A stretch of 7,328 nucleotides of DNA from a virus (Duplodnaviria > Heunggongvirae > Uroviricota > Caudoviricetes): the IMG/VR virus record IMGVR_UViG_2660238209_000013, positions 1-7,328 of that record. The stretch is one strand, 5' to 3'. Position 1 is the stretch's first letter. Every line of letters starts with the position of its first letter. A model generated the notes under the pieces. It searched no databases, was not told where the DNA came from, and saw nothing but the letters and a program-made list of their open reading frames with translations. The position numbers and the translations under genes are program-made. Of this stretch, positions 1 to 5,541 are shown in pieces.

Positions 1-1341
1 CTGACCCTTTGCAGGGAAGCTGGGATACGTAACAGGATGATCCTGAAATCCCGCCAGATTGGGGCGACCTGGTATTGTGCACAGGAAGCTCTGCTGATGG
101 CGCTGCGTGACGATGTGGCGCAACCTTACCAGCGTAACCAGATTTTTTTGTCTGCGTCGCGTCGTCAGGCGTTCCAGTTTAAAAGCATTATTCAGAAGGC
201 TGCGGCTGAAGTTGATGTGGAGCTGAAAGGGGGCGATAAAATCATCCTCTCCAATGGCGCAGAGCTGCATTTTCTCGGCACTTCTGCTGCGTCGGCGCAG
301 TCCTATACGGGCAATTTTTATTTTGATGAATTTTTCTGGGTCAGTCGCTTTGCTGAACTGCGCAAGGTGGCTGGCGCTATGGCAACCCTCAGCGGACTGC
401 GGCGCACCTACTTCTCCACGCCATCCACCGAAACGCACGAAGCATACGCCTACTGGAACGGCGACCGCTGGAACGAGAAAAAGGCCACGCATAAACGCCG
501 GCGTTTTTCTGTGGACTGGAATACGCTGCATAACGGGCTTATCTGCCCTGACCGGACGTGGCGGCAAATTGTCACGCTGGAAGATGTGGTTAATCACGGC
601 TGGAAACACACCGATATCGACGAAATTCGTGATGAAAACACCGAAGACGAGTTCCTCAATCTCTATATGTGTGAGTTTGTCCGCGAAGGGGAATCGGCAT
701 TTAACCTGAATATCCTGATTGGCTGCGGTGTTGACGGATACGACGACTGGAAAGACTGGAAACCTTTTGCTCCCCGCCCGATGGGGAATCGTCCGGTATG
801 GATTGGGTATGACGCAAACGGCAGCAGTGGCAACGGCGACAGCGGCGCTGTGTCTGTGGTGGTTCCTCCGGCTGTTCCTGGTGGCCGTTTTCGAACGGTG
901 GAGACGCGACGCGTTCAGGGGCTGGAGTTTGAAGAACAGGCCAGAGTCATTGAAGAGTTCACGTGTCGCTACAACGTGGAACACATCGGCATTGATGTGA
1001 CGGGCGGGAACGGGGAGGCTGTTTATCAGATAGTGAAACGGTTTTTCCCTGCTGCTATTCCGTACACCTTCACGCTGTCATCAAAACGGTCGCTGGTACT
1101 GAAAATGCTGCAAATAATGCGTGCCGGGCGGTGGGAATACGATCGCGCCGAACGCGAGCTGGTCGCGGCCTTTAACGCCGTGCGTAAGGTGAAAACACCG
1201 GGCGGTTTTATCACTTACGAAACGGACCGCGCGAGGGGGATCAGCCACGGCGACCTTGCGTGGGCAACCATGCTTGCTGTCATTAACGAACCAATTGGCG
1301 GCGAAGGAGAAAACGAGCGTTTCACGGTTATGGAGTTCTGA
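1..1341 (+). CDS. P: Phage terminase large (ATPase/endonuclease) subunit, gpP-like; 5'-partial, the reading frame is open from base 1 so the gene starts upstream of the window
   Basis: Frame 1 has no stop from position 1 to the TGA at 1339-1341 (447 codons in window). The 434-aa ORF-track translation resembles the C-terminal nuclease region of P2-family terminase large subunits. Its stop overlaps the start of the next gene (ATGA at 1339-1343), as in the P2 PQ operon. Synteny is P-Q then accessory region then A. Identity from recall and synteny, not from a search. Confidence 0.8.
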   Translation: MTLCREAGIRNRMILKSRQIGATWYCAQEALLMALRDDVAQPYQRNQIFLSASRRQAFQFKSIIQKAAAEVDVELKGGDKIILSNGAELHFLGTSAASAQSYTGNFYFDEFFWVSRFAELRKVAGAMATLSGLRRTYFSTPSTETHEAYAYWNGDRWNEKKATHKRRRFSVDWNTLHNGLICPDRTWRQIVTLEDVVNHGWKHTDIDEIRDENTEDEFLNLYMCEFVREGESAFNLNILIGCGVDGYDDWKDWKPFAPRPMGNRPVWIGYDANGSSGNGDSGAVSVVVPPAVPGGRFRTVETRRVQGLEFEEQARVIEEFTCRYNVEHIGIDVTGGNGEAVYQIVKRFFPAAIPYTFTLSSKRSLVLKMLQIMRAGRWEYDRAERELVAAFNAVRKVKTPGGFITYETDRARGISHGDLAWATMLAVINEPIGGEGENERFTVMEF

Positions 1342-2387
1342 TGAGCAGAAAAAATAAAAAAGTGCGCATGAGTTCACGCATTGATCTCGCTGATGCGCTC
1401 AGGAAAGAATCGTCGCTCAGTGCATTCACTTTTGATGGTCCTTATCGCCTGACCGGGCATGATTTGCTGGACAATATGTACTGTGCTGATAACGGGCGGT
1501 GGTATGAAACCCCGGTGGACTGGTACGGTCTGGCAAGAGCCGCCCGGCAAACGTCCTGGCATCAGTCTGCGCTTTACTTTAAGCGCAATGTATTGCTCGG
1601 CTGCTATATTCCGCACCCGCTGCTTTCCCGGCAGGATTTCTCGGCGCTGGCGCTGGACTGGTTTGTGTTCGGTAACGCATACCTTGAGCTTCGAAGCAAT
1701 ATGCTCGGCGAACCGCTTAAATTACGGCACGCACTGGCGAAATACATGCGACGCGGAAGCGATCTTGAATCATGGTGGTATGTGCAGGATGGCAAGGACG
1801 CGTTTCAGTTTCGCCCTGGCAAAGTGTGCCACCTGATGAATCCGGATATTAACCAGGAAATCTACGGCATGCCGGAATATCTCGGCGCATTACTCTCGGC
1901 CAGCCTGTCTCATTCGGCGGACATGTTCAGAAAACTGTATTACGACAACGGATCCCACGCCGGGTGCATCATCTACATCGGTGCAGCGCAGGTAAACCGC
2001 GAAAGCATGGACTCCCTGAAAGAAACATTACAGGGTGCACGTGGTAGTGGTGCATTTAAAAACGTGCTCATTCATGCGCCCAACGGGGGCAAAGAGGGGG
2101 TGCAAATTTTGCCGTTCCAGCAGATCACCGCAAAAGATGAGTTCATGAATGTTAAGGCGGCATCCCGTGATGATGTGCTGGCTGCGCACCGTGTTCCGCC
2201 GCAACTGATGGGGGCGATGCCGGGCGAAAAAAGTGCGTTTGGTGATGTGGAGAAGGCCGCGCGGGTTTATGCAATTAACGAGCTGATGCCCGTTATGGAG
2301 GCCATGAAGCACATCAATGACTGGCTTGGCGAAGAGGTGATCCGTTTTAATTCTTATGCTCTTCTTGATGAAAAAACAGCCCCGTGA
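1341..2387 (+). CDS. Q: Phage portal (capsid portal) protein, gpQ-like
   Basis: 348-aa ORF, about the size of P2 gpQ (~344 aa). ATG at 1341 overlaps the terminase stop (ATGA). GGAG Shine-Dalgarno at 1332-1335, 5 nt upstream. Followed by a hairpin plus T-tract terminator overlapping its TGA stop. Identity from recall and synteny. Confidence 0.8.
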   Translation: MSRKNKKVRMSSRIDLADALRKESSLSAFTFDGPYRLTGHDLLDNMYCADNGRWYETPVDWYGLARAARQTSWHQSALYFKRNVLLGCYIPHPLLSRQDFSALALDWFVFGNAYLELRSNMLGEPLKLRHALAKYMRRGSDLESWWYVQDGKDAFQFRPGKVCHLMNPDINQEIYGMPEYLGALLSASLSHSADMFRKLYYDNGSHAGCIIYIGAAQVNRESMDSLKETLQGARGSGAFKNVLIHAPNGGKEGVQILPFQQITAKDEFMNVKAASRDDVLAAHRVPPQLMGAMPGEKSAFGDVEKAARVYAINELMPVMEAMKHINDWLGEEVIRFNSYALLDEKTAP

Positions 2388-2406
2388 TGGGGCTGTCCTT
2401 TTTACC
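2376..2406. terminator. Bidirectional rho-independent terminator between the convergent portal gene and the 174-aa gene
   Basis: Stem cagcccc (2377-2383) / ggggctg (2389-2395) with loop gtgat. It is flanked by an A-run upstream (aaaaaa, 2371-2376) and a T-run downstream (ccttttta, 2397-2404), so either strand gives hairpin plus U-tract. It overlaps the Q stop (2385-2387) and the TAA stop of the minus-strand gene (2402-2404). Confidence 0.6.
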
Positions 2407-2926
2407 AGAGTTGAACCATTTTCTGGGTGCCGTCAGGCTTGAGATTATCAATTTCAGAGAGAACGTAATATTGAATGGCTTCACAAACGGTGGTGTAGGG
2501 TGAATTACCTTCTTTAAGTGGCACGATATTATTATTAACGCGAACCTGTATTTCATCGTTATACATTGCGATCGAAAGAGGAGTATGCACGAAGGCGACT
2601 TCGCCAGGTGTGTCGTCAACCACTGTCTCAATGCTGAAAATCAGTTTTCGCTCATCATTGCCGCCCCTTGCTTTGGGGGTAGAGGCAGGAATCTGAGATA
2701 AAGGCATTCTGCGAAACCCTTCAGTTGTTTCCAGTCCGCATGAAACGTAATGCTGGCGATTACCGTCGCTATCAGTCCATGTCTGTGATGGCAGCTCCAG
2801 AGAGATTTCATAAGCATCTACAATTCCCTGAGCAAGGTGTACAAGCGGGGTCAGATCTTCATTGCGGCGAAAACTTTCCTTTACCTGCTCTCGTTTTTCT
2901 CGTAACTGCTTGTAATTAATGACCAT
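2402..2926 (-). CDS. Hypothetical protein, 174 aa, no family recognised; cargo gene in the Q-A accessory region
   Basis: ORF track gives 2402..2965 from a GTG. I prefer the internal ATG at 2924-2926 (protein begins MVINYKQLREK) because a GGAGG Shine-Dalgarno lies 8 nt upstream on the minus strand (AATGGAGGCTGTTTTATG). Ends with TAA at 2402-2404 inside the bidirectional terminator. Mixed-charge, globular-looking composition with no obvious transmembrane segment. Confidence 0.6.
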   Translation of the reverse strand: MVINYKQLREKREQVKESFRRNEDLTPLVHLAQGIVDAYEISLELPSQTWTDSDGNRQHYVSCGLETTEGFRRMPLSQIPASTPKARGGNDERKLIFSIETVVDDTPGEVAFVHTPLSIAMYNDEIQVRVNNNIVPLKEGNSPYTTVCEAIQYYVLSEIDNLKPDGTQKMVQLW

Positions 2927-3025
2927 AAAACAGCCTCCATTGATTTCTTTGCTCGTATTTTGCACTTATGAAGTGTGGTCGGCAAGGTGCCGCATCACTG
3001 ACGCGCTTCGCTTGTCTGCTGCTTC

Positions 3026-3054
3026 GCCGGGGCATAAAAAATTTATGCCCCGGC
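3026..3054. repeat. Perfect 13-bp inverted repeat with 3-nt spacer (gccggggcataaa aaa tttatgccccggc)
   Basis: Read directly: 3026-3038 is the exact reverse complement of 3042-3054. No U-tract follows on either strand, so this is not a classical intrinsic terminator. Candidate protein-binding palindrome or RNA hairpin. Confidence 0.85.
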
Positions 3055-3343
3055 TCTCCAGCTCCTGTATCAATCAGATAATTTCACGACGCCTTCCAGT
3101 TTATCGCCACCATCGACGGTCAGACTCTTACGCAATCCCACCGCGTTGACTGTATGTTCTCGCTGCCTCAGTGCGATTTTGACGGCCTTACCTTTCACCC
3201 CATCAAATCAAAAGCCCTCACGCCTTTTTCATGCTCAGCGTGAGAAATATGGCCATTCTGTTGTGTCTCTGCGACATCGTTCAGGGAATGCTGTTTACCC
3301 CCCTGAAACGCGGGCTGTTCCCCCGTCACCTGCGCGTAGAAAA

Positions 3344-3390
3344 AACGCGTTTTTTGTGCACGTACGGATCCTTGACGGATCCAGCCGCCA
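3344..3390. repeat. Cluster of short palindromes and a direct repeat (aaaaaacgcgtttttt; gtgcac; cgtacg; acggatcc ttg acggatcc)
   Basis: Read directly: aaaaaacgcgtttttt (3344-3359) is self-complementary. acggatcc occurs twice, 3 bp apart (3363-3370 and 3374-3381), each containing the palindrome ggatcc. Confidence 0.7.
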
Positions 3391-3425
3391 CGCGGGCCGG
3401 AAGTACAAAAAGTCGTTCAAAAAAA

Positions 3426-3455
3426 TTGTGCAAACTTGTGCACTATCGTGCAAAC
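3426..3455. repeat. Three GTGCA(A/C) repeats phased ~10 bp apart (ttgtgcaaac / ttgtgcac / cgtgcaaac); candidate iterons or operator
   Basis: GTGCAAAC at 3428-3435, GTGCAC at 3438-3443, GTGCAAAC at 3448-3455. The ~10-bp (one helical turn) spacing is typical of protein-binding iterons. A further GTGCAC is at 3355-3360. Confidence 0.5.
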
Positions 3456-3480
3456 AAAAAAAAGCGCCTTATCGGCGCTT
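3456..3480 (-). terminator. Rho-independent terminator of the 89-aa ORF transcript
   Basis: On the minus strand: stem aagcgcc / ggcgctt (plus-strand 3462-3468 and 3474-3480), 5-nt loop, followed by an 8-nt U-run (plus-strand A-run 3456-3463). It starts 9 bp downstream of the ORF stop (TGA, plus-strand 3489-3491). Confidence 0.65.
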
Positions 3481-3488
3481 CAAAAATA

Positions 3489-3758
3489 TCAATTGTTGCT
3501 GTGTATTAATCGCCAACCACGAACATATGCTTCATAAGCATCTCTGTGCCTTACAGTTCCAGCCTGGCTAAACGGAATGTTAGCTAAAACTAAATCATTC
3601 TGAGCCATAGCGCGTCCTTCAAGCGCATCTTTTATGCCTAGCTCAAAAGCACAGGCAGCGCATTTGTGCCGACCTTCTTGTCCTTGATATTCAGGGAGAG
3701 ACAGAAATGTTGGGTTATAACGATGAGGGTTCTTGCAAATACCTGTTTTAGCCCGCAC
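3489..3758 (-). CDS. Hypothetical small protein, 89 aa, GTG start; contains Cys8 and a CxxC at residues 33-36
   Basis: ORF with GTG start (plus-strand 3756-3758) preceded by a GAGGT Shine-Dalgarno 6 nt upstream (ATGAGGTAAATAAGTG) and an in-frame TAA immediately before the GTG. Followed by an intrinsic terminator. Preceded by a structured, terminator-like leader. No family recognised; coding status not certain. Confidence 0.4.
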   Translation of the reverse strand: MRAKTGICKNPHRYNPTFLSLPEYQGQEGRHKCAACAFELGIKDALEGRAMAQNDLVLANIPFSQAGTVRHRDAYEAYVRGWRLIHSNN

Positions 3759-3775
3759 TTTATTTACCTCATAGG

Positions 3776-3959
3776 AAAAATATGCGTGCCTTTACAGAGG
3801 TGCGTGTAAGCAATAAAATATACGACGCACATTTTGATTTACTTCGGAAGGCACGCATATCAGGTTAAGTGAGTCCGACCGAGTTCTACGCCCCAATAGT
3901 TGCTGCTATTGGGGCGTTTTGCATGGACAATGCCGCGCAATTATCTTGTCGCTCACAAT
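3776..3959 (-). ncRNA. Candidate structured 5' leader or small RNA upstream of the 89-aa ORF, ending in a terminator-like hairpin
   Basis: Minus-strand transcript predicted from the promoter at 3967-3994. It contains the antisense of a perfect 12-bp hairpin (3888-3917), then a 13-bp long-range stem (3780-3792 pairing 3848-3860) enclosing a 55-nt loop with its own 6-bp inner stem (gtgcgt 3800-3805 / acgcac 3825-3830). A run of 4 U follows (plus-strand A-run 3776-3779), then the SD and GTG of the 89-aa ORF. Read from sequence; no covariance or expression support. Confidence 0.3.
3888..3921 (+). terminator. Hairpin plus short T-run; possible plus-strand intrinsic terminator (or just a stable hairpin in the minus-strand leader)
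   Basis: Perfect 12-bp stem acgccccaatag (3888-3899) / ctattggggcgt (3906-3917), 6-nt loop, followed by ttt g (3918-3921). No convincing plus-strand promoter found upstream, so function on the plus strand is uncertain. Confidence 0.35.
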
Positions 3960-3966
3960 GCGAACG

Positions 3967-3994
3967 ATCTTACAAAAAGGCACATTACTGTCAA
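3967..3994 (-). promoter_or_regulatory. Strong sigma70-like promoter on the minus strand (TTGACA - 16 nt - TAAGAT) with AT-rich upstream region
   Basis: Minus-strand sequence attatcTTGACAgtaatgtgcctttttgTAAGATcgttcg. The -35 is a perfect TTGACA (plus-strand 3989-3994), spacer 16 nt, -10 TAAGAT (plus-strand 3967-3972). The upstream 60 bp is AT-rich (UP-element-like). A GATC (3966-3969) overlaps the -10. Confidence 0.5.
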
Positions 3995-4122
3995 GATAAT
4001 TGATCGTTTTAATCGATAGATAATAGACAATCTATTTGTTTAACAGATCGATTATTGAAGTAAGTGCGCCAAATGGAATGATACTGTTTCTATAAATGTG
4101 AGCATTTTTCGCGCAGATGCTT

Positions 4123-4434
4123 TTACTCAGGAAATAACGCCCGGATATTCCCAGCCATCTGGCTGGTTATCTTAGCCACTGGTGCAGACTGTGCTTCAAA
4201 CTTTTTTGAGCTGATTTGTGTCACAGGTAACATCTCATCATCAGCCCATGCGGCCAGTCGGTAAGCCTCTGCCGGATTCGTCTTCAGAAGTGCCAGCCCG
4301 GCCAGAAAAGCCACGCGTTGGCCGCTTTTGCGGGCTTCTGGTGTAAGGCTGTCCAGCCAGGCGCATGCTTCTCCTTCGTTCTTGACGGCAGCTGGCTTCA
4401 GATAGAAACTTATTCTTCTGGTTGGTGTCGTCAT
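4123..4434 (-). CDS. parR: ParR/StbB-like small DNA-binding protein (putative centromere-binding adaptor), 103 aa
   Basis: Immediately downstream of the ParM-like gene (4-nt gap). Strong AAGGAG Shine-Dalgarno 7 nt upstream of the ATG, inside the end of the upstream gene. Size and motifs (N-terminal RRISFYLKP, AGLAL, C-terminal LFPE) resemble plasmid R1 ParR as I recall it. Gene order repeats-parM-parR matches R1 parC-parM-parR. Confidence 0.7.
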   Translation of the reverse strand: MTTPTRRISFYLKPAAVKNEGEACAWLDSLTPEARKSGQRVAFLAGLALLKTNPAEAYRLAAWADDEMLPVTQISSKKFEAQSAPVAKITSQMAGNIRALFPE

Positions 4435-4438
4435 TGGT

Positions 4439-5398
4439 TTACTCCTTGTTCATTGCGTACAGCCCATTAACCAGAGCAAAATGTGGCACCCCGTCCGTGA
4501 TGAAAGTCGCATTAACTCCGCAGGCTTCGCGGATAGCGGGTGCCACAATCTCCGCCCCTCCACCGACAACCATCACCCGCCCGTAACCGGAAAAACCCGC
4601 CAGCGCGCGGATCACTCGTTGTTTCAGTGTCTCCTCCTTTTCACGAATAACCGCCATCAGGCTGTTGTAATGCGCGTCATTGTGAATGTGCTGGCGCAGC
4701 CAGGCTTCATCGTGACGGTGCTCAATAATGGTATTGGCGATGTGGTGACTGGTACGCATACCGTTAGTGGCCATCACCGACAGCACGGCATCAGCCATCA
4801 GGGAAACGCCTACGTGTGGATCGCAAAACACCTGGCTGATACCTGCCAGCTGCCCCTGAACCTTTGCCACATCCAGCGTGGTTCCGCCCAAATCCACAAT
4901 CAGCAGGGATTCAAACGGACTCATGTCAGCCAGTGCCTTAAAGCCAGCCGGAATGGATTCAGGCATAACCCGCACGTTACGGATAGTGAATGCTTCGCCG
5001 TTCTGGTACTCCACCGGGCGCATAACGTTCGCTTTTTTGCGGTTGATGTTGGCTATGTCCGGCTGTGCGTTTGTGTCGAAATACTCGCTCAGTGGCAGGG
5101 TGACAACCACATCCACCTCCTGTGGCGTGATGCCTGATTTGACCAGCGCGTGATGAATGGCAATGACATTCACATCACTGTATTGGTATTGCGTGTCGGT
5201 CGTCTGGACAAAGCGATCGCTGACCGGATCAAAACCATAGCGCACGCCATCAAGCATGTAGTTCGCGGGCTGCGTGCCACCGAACGGCGCAGACCATTCC
5301 GACTTGAAGCTGTTCGGGCTGATGGCGTTGCGGCGTTCGCCGTTCTCAGTCCATGCCAGCTTGATGTTGGTGGAGCCGTCGTCGATACAAATTTTCAT
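4439..5398 (-). CDS. parM: ParM/StbA-family actin-like segregation ATPase, 319 aa
   Basis: ATG at plus-strand 5396-5398 with an AAGGA Shine-Dalgarno ~8 nt upstream. The translation carries the ParM/actin-fold signatures throughout: N-terminal DDGSTNIKL (phosphate-1), SPNSF, YSDVNVIAIHHAL, VMPESIPAG, IVDLGGTTLD (phosphate-2), GGGAE (adenosine motif) and C-terminal LVNG. It appears collinear with plasmid R1 ParM over the full length (from memory). Confidence 0.88.
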   Translation of the reverse strand: MKICIDDGSTNIKLAWTENGERRNAISPNSFKSEWSAPFGGTQPANYMLDGVRYGFDPVSDRFVQTTDTQYQYSDVNVIAIHHALVKSGITPQEVDVVVTLPLSEYFDTNAQPDIANINRKKANVMRPVEYQNGEAFTIRNVRVMPESIPAGFKALADMSPFESLLIVDLGGTTLDVAKVQGQLAGISQVFCDPHVGVSLMADAVLSVMATNGMRTSHHIANTIIEHRHDEAWLRQHIHNDAHYNSLMAVIREKEETLKQRVIRALAGFSGYGRVMVVGGGAEIVAPAIREACGVNATFITDGVPHFALVNGLYAMNKE

Positions 5399-5427
5399 GT
5401 CGCTTTTCCTTATGTTGATTAATTAAT

Positions 5428-5541
5428 CGTTTACGGGATTCTGAAATCCCGTTTTTGCCTGTTTTGTGCGCGCTTCATATATCGCTGCGCGTTTTTTGCT
5501 CATTTACGGGATTCGTGAGTCCCGTTTCTGTCTGTTTTTTG
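5428..5541. repeat. Two ~40-bp direct repeats, each containing an 8-bp-arm palindrome (acgggatt ... aatcccgt) followed by a T-rich tract; candidate parC-like centromere or operator
   Basis: Copy 1 tttacgggattctgaaatcccgtttttgcctgttttgtg (5430-5468) and copy 2 tttacgggattcgtgagtcccgtttctgtctgttttttg (5503-5541) are ~80% identical, 73 bp apart. Copy 1 lies between the A stop and the parM start; copy 2 lies inside the last ~25 codons of the A reading frame. Confidence 0.5.

Noticed and set aside
254-1000. Plus-strand ORFs 254..709 and 719..1000 in alternative frames inside the terminase gene
   Set aside because: Fully nested in the terminase reading frame, with Arg/Ala/Thr-rich translations typical of off-frame GC-rich sequence.
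1026-2631. Minus-strand ORFs 1026..1214, 1081..1377, 1374..1616, 1604..1795, 2028..2312, 2347..2631
   Set aside because: All antisense to or overlapping the terminase, portal or 174-aa genes; no supporting signals.
2919-3571. Plus-strand ORFs 2919..3149, 3146..3571 and 3231..3509
   Set aside because: They run through perfect palindromes, the GTGCA repeats and the minus-strand terminator; translations are basic and low-complexity; no Shine-Dalgarno. Treated as non-coding.
3776-3923. tRNA or tmRNA gene (integration-site remnant)
   Set aside because: No cloverleaf with anticodon arm or T-loop GTTC consensus could be folded; the stems are too long and perfect for a tRNA.
3776-3960. Retron msr/msd non-coding RNA (flanking inverted repeats around a structured core in a hotspot where retrons are known to reside)
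   Set aside because: No reverse-transcriptase ORF is present anywhere downstream; the only adjacent gene is 89 aa. The architecture fits a leader or sRNA better.
4095-4125. Possible weak hairpin (agcat N11 atgct + tttt) just beyond parR as a terminator
   Set aside because: Only a 5-bp stem with an 11-nt loop, and it is oriented for the plus strand, not for the parMR transcript; too weak to call.
4481-5422. Plus-strand ORFs of 218, 91 and 90 aa (4481..5137, 4878..5153, 5150..5422)
   Set aside because: They lie antisense to the well-supported ParM-like gene, have His/Arg/Cys-rich low-complexity translations and no RBS; typical shadow ORFs.
3426-5541. CRISPR array
   Set aside because: The repeats are only two or three copies, of unequal length and irregular spacing; no repeat-spacer periodicity and no cas genes.
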